This document shows, in pieces, positions 10,396 through 20,439 of a DNA stretch of 64,000 nucleotides (its first letter is position 1; each line of letters opens with the position of its first letter). The translations under genes and the position numbers were made by a program. The notes below the pieces were generated by a model that was not told where the DNA came from, did no database searches, and saw only the letters and a list, made by a program, of their open reading frames with translations. Source of the DNA: Verrucomicrobiota bacterium (GTDB lineage Bacteria; Verrucomicrobiota; Verrucomicrobiia; Palsa-1439); the NCBI GenBank assembly GCA_003152315.1, contig PLZV01000023.1:4905-68904 (forward strand). The letters run 5' to 3'.

Positions 10396-11751
10396 ATGAA
10401 GTCACCAATGACAGGCAAGACCGGTCTCGCTCGGCTTCTCGAAGTGTTCTCGGAAACTTTTGGACTTGGTCGTGCCGCCGCGATCAGTGCCATTCTCCTG
10501 ATCGGTTCCGGTACCGTCTTTGCTGTCTTCTGGTTCTTTCACTCGGCCCCGCCCCACACCATTACCATCACCAGCGGTCCCGAGGGCAGCGCCTTCCAAA
10601 AGTCCGCCGAGAAATACCGCAAAATCCTGGCTCGCAGTGGCGTAAAGTTGAACGTTCTTCCGTCCGCGGGATCGATGGAGAATCTCAAACGGCTCGGTGA
10701 CCCGGCGTTTCGCGTCGACATCGGTTTTGTCCAGGGCGGTGTTACCAACGGGGTCAACACCGACCAACTGGTCTCGCTCGGGAGCGTCGCCTATGAACCG
10801 CTGCTGGTTTTCTATCGGGGCGCCAACCCGGCGGAACTGCTCTCCGAACTTAATGGCAAGCGCCTGGCCATTGGTCCTGTGGGCAGTGGCACGCGGGCCC
10901 TCGCTTCCGCCCTGCTGCAGGCCAACGGGATTGAAACCGGCGGCCCAACGGTGCTGTTGGATCTGGATGCCGAAGCCGCCACCAAGGCGCTGCTGGCGGG
11001 CTCTGTCGATGCCGTATTCTTGATGGGTGACTCCGCCTCAACCGAGAACATGCGCCAGCTTCTACGGACACCGGACATCCAGCTGTTCGATTTCACACAA
11101 GCCGACGCTTATGCGCGCCGCATCCACTACTTGAACAAGCTCCAGCTTCCGCGGGGAGTCGTCGATTTCGGGAAGAATATTCCATCGCATGATGTCTCTC
11201 TGGTCGCGCCGACGGTCGAACTGGTTGCGCGGGCCAAACTGCATCCGGCATTGATCGATTTGTTGCTGGAGGCCGCGCGCGAAGTGCATGGCGGCGCCGC
11301 CCTGTTCCAGCGCCGCGGCGAGTTCCCGGCTCCGCTGGAAATTGACATTCGCCTGAGTGACGAAGCCCGGCGCTACTACGGATCGGGTAAGAGCTTTCTC
11401 TATCGTTCACTCCCTTTTTGGCTGGCCAGCCGGTTGAACCGTATCCTCGTGGCCTTTGTCCCGATGTTGTTCGTGTTGATCCCAGGACTGCGCCTCATCC
11501 CAACGGTCTATCAGTGGCAAATCCGCTTGCGGATCTATCGTTCCTACCGCGCGCTGCTGTCGGTCGAACGAGGAGCCTTTGCCAGCCCGACGCCCCAGAA
11601 TCGAGATGAATTGCTCACGCGCTTGGGACACATCGAGAAAACCGTCAACAAAATGAAAGTCCCCGCCTCCTTCGCCGACCAATTCTACGTCCTCCGCCAG
11701 AACATCATCTTTGTCCGCAATAAGCTTGTGGCCATCCCTGCACCGCACTGA
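10396..11751 (+). CDS. TAXI-family TRAP solute-binding protein with flanking TM segments
   Basis: SAGSMENL, VDIGFVQGG, YEPLLVFYRG, IGPVGSGTR, LHPALIDLLL. Confidence 0.8.
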   Translation: MKSPMTGKTGLARLLEVFSETFGLGRAAAISAILLIGSGTVFAVFWFFHSAPPHTITITSGPEGSAFQKSAEKYRKILARSGVKLNVLPSAGSMENLKRLGDPAFRVDIGFVQGGVTNGVNTDQLVSLGSVAYEPLLVFYRGANPAELLSELNGKRLAIGPVGSGTRALASALLQANGIETGGPTVLLDLDAEAATKALLAGSVDAVFLMGDSASTENMRQLLRTPDIQLFDFTQADAYARRIHYLNKLQLPRGVVDFGKNIPSHDVSLVAPTVELVARAKLHPALIDLLLEAAREVHGGAALFQRRGEFPAPLEIDIRLSDEARRYYGSGKSFLYRSLPFWLASRLNRILVAFVPMLFVLIPGLRLIPTVYQWQIRLRIYRSYRALLSVERGAFASPTPQNRDELLTRLGHIEKTVNKMKVPASFADQFYVLRQNIIFVRNKLVAIPAPH

Positions 11752-11775
11752 GGCAGACATTCGTTCCGGTCTCGC

Positions 11776-13287
11776 TTACTCCAGTGTCGCGAAAGCCGGG
11801 CCGAGATGTTCGATCAAATCCGTCGTTAGCATTGCGCGGGCCCCAAGCTTCTCGTTCGCGAGATCGCCGGCGAGTCCGTGGAGGAACACGCCCGCGCGCG
11901 CGGCGTCGAAGGCCGCCATCCCTTGTGCGAGGAACGCGCCAATGATGCCCGTAAGCGCGTCGCCCATGCCACCCTTGGCCATGCCGGGATTGCCGGTCGA
12001 ATTGATCCAGAGCCCGCCTGACTTTTCGGTGACCACCGTCCCCGCGCCTTTCAAGACCATGACCACTCCATACTCCTGCGCAAAACTCCGCGCCAGGCCC
12101 CAGCGGTCGGCCTGCACTTCCTTCACCGTCTTCCCGGTGAGCCGCGCCATTTCGCCGGGATGCGGCGTGAGCACGAGCGGTTTCTGCAGTTTCTTCAACG
12201 CCGCCACACCTTGCGCCATCGCGTTCAACGCATCGGCGTCCACCACCATCGGCAACGGACAACTGCTCACCACTTTCCAGACCATCTTTTGCGTCTCGGC
12301 CTGCTGACCGAGTCCGGGACCGATGGCGACGGCATCAAACCGTGCGAAATAACTCGGACTGAGTTGCTCAAACTCCACGGGCTGCGGCATCACTTCCGGC
12401 GGGCATTGCGCCGCGACGATGGGATAGATGTTTCGCGGCACCGCCAACGTGACCAACCCCGCGCCCGCGCGCGCGGCGGCGTGTGCCACCATCGCGGGCG
12501 CGCCCGTGTACCCCTCGGAGCCGGCGATGACCAGCAGATGACCGAAGTCGCCCTTATTGGCGGAACGACGGCGCGGTGGCAACAGCGGCTTGACGTCCTG
12601 CGCCGTGAGTAGTTCTACGTCGGTCGAAATCTCCTCCACAAACTCCCGCGGAATTCCGATGTTGGCAACTTCGATGCGGCCCACGAAATCTGCCGCGGCC
12701 GGTTTCAACAGACCGATCTTCGGCAGGGCCATGGTGACCGTCGTATCCGCGCGAACGCCGAAGCCATGCACGTCACCGGTGTCGCTGCCAAGCCCCGACG
12801 GGATGTCGATGGCCACGACGGGCAAATGCAGGCCGTTGACGACCTTGATTGCCGTCGCGTACGGCTCGCGTACCTGGCCCTTCAGTCCGGTACCGAGCAA
12901 ACCGTCGACGATCACCGCCGGTTCCGTTTCGGCCACGATCGTGGAAAGTTCGTCGAGCGTCGGCAATTCGAAGACGCGAATCGCGCTGACGAGTTTCTGG
13001 AAATGCAGCAGCGAATCGCCCTGCAACTCGTTGCGGCGGCAGAGCAATACCAACGTCGGATAGCAACCGGCGCCGGCCAGATGCCGCGCCGCCACGATCG
13101 CATCTCCGCCGTTGTTCCCCTTCCCCGCGAACAGGAGGACCGACCGCGAGTCTTGTCGCTTCAGAAACTGGATCGTGGCCCGCGCAACGGCATAACCCGC
13201 GCGTTCCATGAGTTCTTCCCCGGCTGTGCCCGCGGCGATGCTGCGTTGGTCGAGTTCGCGGATTTGCGCCGTCGTGACCGCTTTCAT
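11776..13287 (-). CDS. nnr: Bifunctional NAD(P)H-hydrate epimerase/dehydratase (YjeF)
   Basis: LMERAG, GKGNNGGD, DGLLGTG, DIPSG, IGPGLG, VDADAL, LTPHPGEM, GGMGDALTG. Confidence 0.95.
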   Translation of the reverse strand: MKAVTTAQIRELDQRSIAAGTAGEELMERAGYAVARATIQFLKRQDSRSVLLFAGKGNNGGDAIVAARHLAGAGCYPTLVLLCRRNELQGDSLLHFQKLVSAIRVFELPTLDELSTIVAETEPAVIVDGLLGTGLKGQVREPYATAIKVVNGLHLPVVAIDIPSGLGSDTGDVHGFGVRADTTVTMALPKIGLLKPAAADFVGRIEVANIGIPREFVEEISTDVELLTAQDVKPLLPPRRRSANKGDFGHLLVIAGSEGYTGAPAMVAHAAARAGAGLVTLAVPRNIYPIVAAQCPPEVMPQPVEFEQLSPSYFARFDAVAIGPGLGQQAETQKMVWKVVSSCPLPMVVDADALNAMAQGVAALKKLQKPLVLTPHPGEMARLTGKTVKEVQADRWGLARSFAQEYGVVMVLKGAGTVVTEKSGGLWINSTGNPGMAKGGMGDALTGIIGAFLAQGMAAFDAARAGVFLHGLAGDLANEKLGARAMLTTDLIEHLGPAFATLE

Positions 13288-13395
13288 CGCCGCCAGTGTA
13301 GTGGACGGTTTTCCCAAAAGCAACGCCCCGACATATGACAGAAGGCCACAATTTCAAATGCGTTTGACAACCTCTCGACTGCACCCCTAGTTTAC

Positions 13396-14319
13396 ATGTC
13401 GATGGTGATCACTGCCCCAACACCGATCTCGCCCGCCGCCACCCCTCTGGGCTGGATCGGCACCGGGGTCATGGGCCTGTCGATGTGCGGTCATCTTCTC
13501 AGCAAAGGCTATGCCATTACGGTCCACAACCGCACGAAGTCCAAGGCTCAACCCTTGCTAGACAAGGGCGCGCAGTGGGGCGATTCGCCTCGGGCCGTTG
13601 CGACTCAATCGGACGTCCTCTTCACCATGGTTGGTTATCCGCGCGATGTGCGGGAAATTTATTTCGGCGAGAGTGGCGTGCTCGCGGGCGTGAAACCCGG
13701 CGGCCTTGTCATTGACATGACCACGACCGAGCCCAGTTTATCGAAAGAGATTTACGCAGCCGCCAAAGCGAAAGGCGTTGACGCCATCGACGCGCCGGTT
13801 TCTGGTGGCGATGTCGGCGCGCGCAATGCCACGCTCTCCATCATGGTCGGCGGCGATGCGGGAGCCGTCGAGCGCGCGCGGCCGCTGTTGGAAGTCCTCG
13901 GCAAGACCATCATTCACCAGGGCGGCGCGGGCGCCGGCCAACATGCCAAGATGTGCAACCAGATTGTCATCGCGGGGACGATGATCGGCGTTTGCGAAAG
14001 CCTGCTCTACGGACACAAGGCCGGACTCAATCTCGAGACCATGCTGCAATCCATTCGCGGCGGCGCTGCGGGCTGCTGGAGTCTCGACAACCTTGCCCCG
14101 CGCATCCTGCAACGCAATTTCGTACCGGGCTTTCTCGTGGACCACTTCGTCAAGGACATGGAGATCGCCCTCGCGGAAGCCGAGCGCGCAGGCCTTGTGT
14201 TACCAGGATTGAAACTGGTAGACGAACTCTACCGCACGCTCCAAGCGCAGGGACACGGTCGTAGCGGCACGCACGCGTTGTACCTGGCGCTGGAAGCAAT
14301 GTCACAAAAGCCGGCCTGA
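13396..14319 (+). CDS. NAD(P)-dependent beta-hydroxyacid dehydrogenase (3-hydroxyisobutyrate DH / tartronate semialdehyde reductase family)
   Basis: [32 protein letters not shown]. Upstream TTGACA-18-TAGTTT suggests the true start may be ATG 13402. Confidence 0.9.
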   Translation: MSMVITAPTPISPAATPLGWIGTGVMGLSMCGHLLSKGYAITVHNRTKSKAQPLLDKGAQWGDSPRAVATQSDVLFTMVGYPRDVREIYFGESGVLAGVKPGGLVIDMTTTEPSLSKEIYAAAKAKGVDAIDAPVSGGDVGARNATLSIMVGGDAGAVERARPLLEVLGKTIIHQGGAGAGQHAKMCNQIVIAGTMIGVCESLLYGHKAGLNLETMLQSIRGGAAGCWSLDNLAPRILQRNFVPGFLVDHFVKDMEIALAEAERAGLVLPGLKLVDELYRTLQAQGHGRSGTHALYLALEAMSQKPA

Positions 14320-15783
14320 GCGCAGTAATTCCTCCAACCGCTGCTGTCGCTGGCGTGCCACTATATATTGACGTGAGAATTGCAATCGCGGATGGATCAC
14401 GCGGCCCGCAGGCGGCGGGGGCACCGCGACACCCAATTCCTCCAGCGCGAACACGGCCGCCCCTCGTAGCGACGCCTCGGGTTCACTGCAAACCATCAGG
14501 CGGCGACCAAGCACGTCGGCCAGCCGTTGCATGTCCGCCGGCGACTTCTGGATGCCGCCCGAAATCGCGAACTTTCGGATGGGCAACAATTCGGCAATCT
14601 GCGCCAACCGCTGAAAGACCGCCTCCCTCGTGGCCTGCAGAATATCCAGCGCCGAACTGGAATTCTTCAGTCCGACAATTACACCGTGCAAATCCTCCGG
14701 CCACGTGGGGGCGCGCTCGCTTACCCAAAACGGCAGCACGGTCAGTCCATGCAAAGGCGCAGGCCGCGCCGCTAGCGCGCGCTCCAGTTCCTGCGAATCA
14801 CTTGGCAGATTCAATTGGCGCAGGCACCACGCGCGCAGATTGCCCGCGTTGCTCACCGCGCCGCCGATGAGCAGGCGCTCGGCATCGACGCGATAACAGA
14901 ACAATCCAAACGGCGCGCGCGCCCGCTGGACGCGTCTCACCAGTCGAATCGCCGCGCTCGTCCCGCAGTTCAGCGCGGCCACACCCGTCTTCGTGGCGCC
15001 CGAGCCCAGATTGCTTGCCGCGCCGTCGCCGATGGCCGGAAACCACAGGGCCTCGCGCAACTCCGGAAACTTGCGCCCCCAGCGAGTCGACATTCGCAGA
15101 GGTTCTTCGCTGAGCAAGTTGAGTTTTTTCGGGGAAATACGGCAGCGCTTGAGAAGTCGTGTGTCCCATCGGAGTGCAGCGGGATTGAACAACCCCGTCC
15201 CGCTGGCCATGGCGTAACTGCACCGCGCGTCACCGCAAAGTTCACGCTGCAGCCATTCGGCGGGTGATACCCAGCGCGCCACGCGCGCGAAAAGTTTCGG
15301 CTGCGTGCGCCGCAGCCAAACTAATTTCGCGGGCCAGAATGATGAACGCAACATGCAACCCGTCCGCGCGTGTACCGCGCGCTCGGAGAATTCCGCGCGC
15401 AATCGCGCCGCGTCTTCGCGGCAGCGCGAATCCGCCCACGTGTAAATCGGCGTCAACGCTCGTCCACTTTCGTCCGCGCCGAGCAAACTGTGCCAGAAAC
15501 AGGACGTGCCAACGGCAATGATCGGGCGCAGGCGAAGTGTCCGGTCGGCGTGATACGAGCGCAGCGTCAGCACCAGGCAGCGGAACAAGGTTTGTCGCAG
15601 TGTTTGCGGTGACAGCTCCGCGCCGCCGTCCGCCGTGACCCGCAACGCATACGCTTCCTGTGCCGTCGTGCGAACGAGCCGCCGCGCGCGCGCATCGAAC
15701 AACGCGGTGCGCAGCGACGAGGTGCCGATGTCGATGGCCAGGATCACTGCCTGCGATTGCTCACGCGAAAGGCTGCGCTGCAT
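14302..15783 (-). CDS. gntK: Gluconokinase, FGGY carbohydrate kinase family
   Basis: [74 protein letters not shown]. Confidence 0.85.
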   Translation of the reverse strand: MQRSLSREQSQAVILAIDIGTSSLRTALFDARARRLVRTTAQEAYALRVTADGGAELSPQTLRQTLFRCLVLTLRSYHADRTLRLRPIIAVGTSCFWHSLLGADESGRALTPIYTWADSRCREDAARLRAEFSERAVHARTGCMLRSSFWPAKLVWLRRTQPKLFARVARWVSPAEWLQRELCGDARCSYAMASGTGLFNPAALRWDTRLLKRCRISPKKLNLLSEEPLRMSTRWGRKFPELREALWFPAIGDGAASNLGSGATKTGVAALNCGTSAAIRLVRRVQRARAPFGLFCYRVDAERLLIGGAVSNAGNLRAWCLRQLNLPSDSQELERALAARPAPLHGLTVLPFWVSERAPTWPEDLHGVIVGLKNSSSALDILQATREAVFQRLAQIAELLPIRKFAISGGIQKSPADMQRLADVLGRRLMVCSEPEASLRGAAVFALEELGVAVPPPPAGRVIHPRLQFSRQYIVARQRQQRLEELLRSGRLL

Positions 15784-15838
15784 GCTGAACCGATAGCCAA
15801 TTCCCGCTGAAAAGTCGATTTCTTCGAGACACAGATTT
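15754..15838. repeat. 85-bp direct repeat, copy A (gluconokinase upstream region plus first 10 codons)
   Basis: Matches 18094-18178 at an offset of 2340 bp with 6 mismatches by manual alignment. Confidence 0.93.
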
Positions 15839-15847
15839 ATGGACGCA

Positions 15848-16786
15848 TCACCAACCAACCTTCGATAGCCATTGCACCACATCCTTTCCGCTCCACGAAT
15901 CCGTCAACGGCGACCTGTTGCCTATAGCAAGCAATTCCTGAGAGCGCTCCCATTCATCCAACTTGATATTCGTGTCATGGGAAAACACCGGGGCAATGCG
16001 GCGGTAGGTATCATTCAGGAGATTGCGACATTGAAAATCCGCGATGCCCATGCTCGCATCGAACAACAGGCTGATCATGGGCTTGGCCCACTGGGCCAGA
16101 CCCCAATCCAGGTTATCGCCCTTCAAGTAGCTGAGATTTGTTCCCGTGCCGAGGGACAGCAGATAAATCTCATTGAGTTTGGGTGCGCGATCGGTGTTGC
16201 GGCTGTCCTGGGTTTGAGCCAACGCTGCCAGGCTGGGATTGTTGGCGACCACGCCTCCGTCAATATAGCTGCCGTGCGAGGGAAAGTAGGTCGGCGCGGC
16301 GCTTGTGCTTAGCGCCACATCCACCACCGATTCGTCTCCGTCGGAATCCTCGCCGGGAAAGTTGTGAAAGAACTTCGGTTGCCACGTTCGCTTCGTGTTA
16401 TCCGGGTCGGCATCGTCCAGATTGAAGGACGGAATCAACACTCGCTTTCCCAGATCCTTCAGTTTCGTGCCCTTGAAAATGCCCGTCAAAATCGTGTCCA
16501 AGCCTTTCTGGTCGTAATCCGCGCCGACGAGGCCACCCACGTCGCGAATGTCCTTCAGCCATGAATCATCAAAGATCGCTTTCCCGTTGTTCTGGTAGAG
16601 CGCAATCATTTCATCCACTGATTTCCCAGCGGCCAGACCCAGCGCGATGATGCCGCCCGTGGAAGTGCCCGCGAGCAAATCGGCGTCCTTGATGAGATTG
16701 GGGATTTTTGCTTCCAGGCGTTTCAGGATGGCCAGCGTGACCAGACCGCGAATGCCGCCTCCGTCGAATGAGAGTATGCGATACAT
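15848..16786 (-). CDS. Patatin-like phospholipase
   Basis: DGGGIRG, GTSTG (catalytic Ser), AAPTYF, DGGVVANNP (catalytic Asp); AAGGA RBS. Confidence 0.93.
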   Translation of the reverse strand: MYRILSFDGGGIRGLVTLAILKRLEAKIPNLIKDADLLAGTSTGGIIALGLAAGKSVDEMIALYQNNGKAIFDDSWLKDIRDVGGLVGADYDQKGLDTILTGIFKGTKLKDLGKRVLIPSFNLDDADPDNTKRTWQPKFFHNFPGEDSDGDESVVDVALSTSAAPTYFPSHGSYIDGGVVANNPSLAALAQTQDSRNTDRAPKLNEIYLLSLGTGTNLSYLKGDNLDWGLAQWAKPMISLLFDASMGIADFQCRNLLNDTYRRIAPVFSHDTNIKLDEWERSQELLAIGNRSPLTDSWSGKDVVQWLSKVGW

Positions 16787-16796
16787 GGTGTTCCTT

Positions 16797-16979
16797 TCAT
16801 CGTTCGGTCCGTTTTACCAAAAACTGAGATTGCGTAATGTGTCCCATCAACACGCTGGCCGGTTCGTCGTTCGGGTCTTGGGGGACGAGCTGGCCGCGGA
16901 AGGTTTTGGCGAGGAGCGAGGGCGCGAGCGCAGACACTTGTGCAAGCGCTTTCTCAAACTGTGCAGATTCTCGAAGCAT
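16797..16979 (-). pseudogene. Isolated type I RM specificity subunit (HsdS) C-terminal tail mini-ORF, copy 2
   Basis: SLLAKTFRGQLVPQDPNDEPASVL matches the conserved HsdS end (SILAKAFRGELVPQDPNDEPASVLLERI); no target-recognition domains present. Confidence 0.8.
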
Positions 16980-17057
16980 ATTCAGATCAATGCCGCCGAC
17001 GGATAAAATGATAGAAACGGCCAAGATCAATACTGATCCCGCCAAGAAACGGAATGC

Positions 17058-17966
17058 TTACCGATACCCATCGAGGGCCTCAGCCAAACTGCGTACTTGC
17101 CCTGCAATCGGCAAGAGATCACGAACTAGGCGGATGGATTCGTCCAAGAGATGCTGGTCGAGATTCTTGGTGTGCCTCCCGGTCTTGGAATTACGCGGCA
17201 CGTCCCGTTCGCTATAGAGTTCCGCGACAGAATTGTTCACATAATCCGGTGATGGTTCACTGAGATCCTGTGCGAGTTCGAAGTCCACCAATCTTGCAGT
17301 CAACTCTCCCGCATCGTTCAAGCTGAGGATGATATTGGGCGGCATCGGATCGTTGTGGAGTAGACCGAGACCATTGGCCTGATCCAGCTCCCGGTGCAAT
17401 TGCTGGAGCGCGGCCAATACCTCCGCCAGCAACTCCCTGTCAAACCCTACGATCTCCAGATCATAGTTGACGTACTGACCCGTCTGTATTGCGAGGGGCA
17501 CGCCGCTAATGAAATCCATAATCAACACATCATTGCGTGTCACTCGCAGTTCCGCCTGACGGGCGGGAACGCCCCCCTGATCCACCAGCAATCGAATTGA
17601 ATCCTCGGTGGACAAAGCCTTGGGTCCAAACACAAAGCCACGGGATCGAAAGCGTTCCAGCAACCGTCGTTCGTGTTCCAGGTAATAGCCGCGTTCACAG
17701 AAGTAGAGAGGGTTCTCGCCCACCCCCATCCCCAGAATCTTGATACAATGCTGGCAGCCTGCCTTCCCATACAGCCCCGCCTTGAATCCGGGGGCGAACC
17801 GAATCCACCCGGAGTTCTTCAACGCCGACAACATCTCATCATAAACCCAATAGCCCGAGGCCAGATGATACACACGGCGATCACCGTCAATGGAAACAAG
17901 AGCAGGTTCTCGCGCCATTTCCTGAAAACGCCGCTTGCTGAGAGGTTGAGGAAGGGTGGGTTTCAT
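17058..17966 (-). CDS. Protein-kinase-like fold protein (possibly 3' frameshifted)
   Basis: CIKILG (beta3 Lys), MDFISG, LLHNDPMPPNII (catalytic loop), LVDFELA. Confidence 0.75.
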   Translation of the reverse strand: MKPTLPQPLSKRRFQEMAREPALVSIDGDRRVYHLASGYWVYDEMLSALKNSGWIRFAPGFKAGLYGKAGCQHCIKILGMGVGENPLYFCERGYYLEHERRLLERFRSRGFVFGPKALSTEDSIRLLVDQGGVPARQAELRVTRNDVLIMDFISGVPLAIQTGQYVNYDLEIVGFDRELLAEVLAALQQLHRELDQANGLGLLHNDPMPPNIILSLNDAGELTARLVDFELAQDLSEPSPDYVNNSVAELYSERDVPRNSKTGRHTKNLDQHLLDESIRLVRDLLPIAGQVRSLAEALDGYR

Positions 17967-17976
17967 ATAACGCAGC

Positions 17977-18123
17977 TCATTTCCGGGATTGTTCGATGCG
18001 CTCCAGCAATATGCTGGGAGGTTCGTCGTTCGGGTCTTGGGGAACCAGCTGGCCGCGGAAGGCGCGGGCGAGGAGCGAGGGGATGAGGGCCGACGATTGT
18101 TCACGCGAAGGGCTGCGCTTCAT
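17977..18123 (-). pseudogene. Chimeric mini-ORF: gluconokinase-like first 10 codons fused to HsdS C-terminal tail, copy 1
   Basis: MKRSPSREQS (compare gluconokinase [10 protein letters not shown]) followed by SALIPSLLARAFRGQLVPQDPNDEPPSILLERIEQSRK. Confidence 0.8.
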
Positions 18124-18178
18124 GCTGAACCGATAGCCAATTCCCGCCGAAAAGTCGATTTCTTCGAGATGCAGATTT
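18094..18178. repeat. 85-bp direct repeat, copy B
   Basis: Near-identical to 15754-15838. Confidence 0.93.
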
Positions 18179-18182
18179 TTCG

Positions 18183-18211
18183 TTGCCGAGTGTGCGGGAC
18201 GCGAATATAGT
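18183..18211 (+). promoter_or_regulatory. Sigma70-type promoter, probably the native tRNA-Arg promoter
   Basis: TTGCCG (18183-18188), 17 bp, TATAGT (18206-18211), directly upstream of the displaced tRNA 5' half. Confidence 0.7.
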
Positions 18212-18230
18212 CTCCTACGCATTTTCAGGC

Positions 18231-18271
18231 GTGCGCCCATAGCTCAATTGGATAGAGCGTTGGTCTACGGA
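18231..18271 (+). repeat. attL: 41-bp copy of the tRNA-Arg(ACG) 5' half
   Basis: GTGCGCCCATAGCTCAATTGGATAGAGCGTTGGTCTACGGA is identical to 47190-47230; identity ends at the end of the anticodon loop. Confidence 0.95.
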
Positions 18272-18399
18272 TTCAAACCGACAGTTTTAGCTGATGTTTG
18301 CTCACCCCCTCTGGAGTAAACAAAACCAATCGACACAGGGGTTTCCTGCATGTTGGACGTTTGCTCGTGTTTGCCTGAAGCCACTGAAATTCGGCCGAT

Positions 18400-18421
18400 A
18401 GATTACAACAAAAGATTGCAA
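18400..18421 (+). repeat. Putative integrase arm-binding sites (left pair)
   Basis: AGATTACAA (18400-18408) and AGATTGCAA (18413-18421), 13-bp period, same as the pair at 47115-47136. Confidence 0.7.
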
Positions 18422-18913
18422 CACATCGTGTGTGACTCTCGACTTTCTCATCTACTGGAGTGCGTTAGAGTCAGGCTTGCCGACTTTGCCGATCTTTTGG
18501 ACAGCGACACGGGAAACAACTCGATGACCGCGTGTGATCAAAAAACTCGTTCTTGCTGAATTTCTTCGGGGAGCATCGGGGCGAGGTACATCCCTGCCTT
18601 GGAATCGAAGGCTTACATCACCGGCAGAGTCCACGGTGAACTGTTACAGAGAATCGTATCCGGCTGACGGAGCACGTATGTTGAGATCGGTTCCTGAGCA
18701 GACGGCTAAGACGAGGATGGCAGTGACCCATCCGCCCGCTACTACTGCGTGTGGCTGGTACCGTAGAGGCGAATCCTATCATCGCCTCTGGACTCATGAA
18801 GCGGTCGGCTCACATTCTGTAGCCCCAGACTAGAAACTCAAGGGGCTTGAAAAGGCGAAGTCACGTCAAGTTTAGGCATTCGCTTGGCTACGTACGGTGA
18901 AAATGTTCTGCTT

Positions 18914-20350
18914 TCATTCCTTGGTCAATCGGACGATGGCCGCCGCCGCCGCCGACACGTTCATTGAAAAATGCCCATTGTTCAAAGGGGCGGCCAAAGA
19001 TGTCCAGGCGCCAGACCAACTGCCGTTATCTTTAATTGGAGCATCGCCTAATGTTACGCCTGCAGGGGCGGTGATATCACTGTGTGGTGCGGTCAGGAAC
19101 ATGACCTGTCCACGAGTATAGGAACTACCGAGCGCGATGGTGACATTCGCATCACGCGCGCCGGCGGTTTCTTTATTGATGAGCGTGACGTACAGGTTGC
19201 CATTGCTGGATAAAACGCCATACGCCGTCAAATTGACTTGGTCGGGATTGGACGCGAAATGCACTGGCACCAATTGACCGTGACAGCCCAGATCAAATGC
19301 CTTGATTGCATAAGCCAGCGGTCGCGCGGCGAAACCTTCCGGGGAATTCCAAAAAACGACATATTTCTGTGGTTCCGGAGGCCGCACACCGTCCGCGTAG
19401 CCGCCTGTATGAAAATTAATCCCCGCTGCACCCCGATTGGCCCACCAATACATGTAATCCAAACCCCACAAAGCGGAGGCGAATGCGTCACTGGCGCCGG
19501 ACGCGCCGCCGTTGGAGAAGCTGTTTGCTTCCTCCAACCGATATTGAAACCCGGAAGACAAAGCGGTAGGAACAAAGTCATTGTATAGTTTTTCATATAA
19601 GTTCAGAAGATCTGCAGAGAGCAACTTTTTGCAGGCCGCCACGGCGTTGGTTGCGACGCGGCCGCTTCCCGCAGGATATTCGTGTTGGGTGACCATAATG
19701 ACGTGTTTGTTGTGCGCAAATTCCTTGGCAAAATCGTTCGCCCACTGGACGTTCTTGTGCATCGTACTCGGACCACAAAACACCGCTTCCGGGGCATTGG
19801 TGGCGGCGGTAATCACCGCCAGATAATTTCTCATCGCTTCGCCATAGGCTTGCGAGTCTTTCACGAGCTTGTCGGGTTCGTTCCCGAGCTCAAAGCAGGC
19901 AAGTTCTGGCCGATAGTTGTCCATTATGTATTTGGCCGTTTGGGCAGCATCAGCCGGCTCGGTTCCGCTCAGCCGGAGGGTGTAAATCACTTTGACGCCC
20001 GCCGCCCGCGCGAAAGCAAACAGACTGTCAATGTCAGCCTTATTCGGAATCTTCACGGTGGCTCGTTCCGCCGTATTGCCGCCAACCCGCAGGCTTTGAA
20101 TCCCCAGTGTCTGGAACGTTTTGATCAATGGCTTGTTCGCTGGGTTAAAAAAGTGCCCTCCATTTGTGGCCGGACCGACTAAGGCCATCTCATAACTCAG
20201 CCCGATGAAGTTGGATGAGATCGTTGCGCCGGGAGACTTTGGATCAAGAGTAATGTCCACAGACGACGCGGCGAGAATTACATCCTGATACAGGCAGAAA
20301 GCGATCAATGAAGGGAGGATTCTTTTCACAAAAACGGCCGGTATATTCAT
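18914..20350 (-). CDS. Secreted GH79-like beta-glucuronidase
   Basis: Signal peptide; FIGLSYE, LRVGGNTAE, FELGNEPD (acid/base), RLEEANSFSNGG (nucleophile), SDAFASALWGLDY, GINFH. Confidence 0.85.
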   Translation of the reverse strand: MNIPAVFVKRILPSLIAFCLYQDVILAASSVDITLDPKSPGATISSNFIGLSYEMALVGPATNGGHFFNPANKPLIKTFQTLGIQSLRVGGNTAERATVKIPNKADIDSLFAFARAAGVKVIYTLRLSGTEPADAAQTAKYIMDNYRPELACFELGNEPDKLVKDSQAYGEAMRNYLAVITAATNAPEAVFCGPSTMHKNVQWANDFAKEFAHNKHVIMVTQHEYPAGSGRVATNAVAACKKLLSADLLNLYEKLYNDFVPTALSSGFQYRLEEANSFSNGGASGASDAFASALWGLDYMYWWANRGAAGINFHTGGYADGVRPPEPQKYVVFWNSPEGFAARPLAYAIKAFDLGCHGQLVPVHFASNPDQVNLTAYGVLSSNGNLYVTLINKETAGARDANVTIALGSSYTRGQVMFLTAPHSDITAPAGVTLGDAPIKDNGSWSGAWTSLAAPLNNGHFSMNVSAAAAAIVRLTKE

Positions 20351-20439
20351 GCTGCGACTCTATGCAGTCAGCAATAGTCGGGCAAGAGGAAACGCAGAAC
20401 ACAGTGTGGGACAATCCCCGGACTGCAAGGCTGCGGAGC

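Noticed and set aside
15848-16786. CBASS (CapV) system
   Set aside because: A patatin is present but no CD-NTase or Cap2/Cap3 is recognisable nearby.
16797-18123. Functional type I restriction-modification system
   Set aside because: Only HsdS tails; no hsdR, hsdM or target-recognition domains.
18231-18300. Second tRNA-Arg gene
   Set aside because: Only the 5' half is present; no T-arm or 3' acceptor strand.
18272-18900. Excisionase, relaxase or oriT at the island's left end
   Set aside because: Short ORFs there show no recognisable motifs; no call is supportable.
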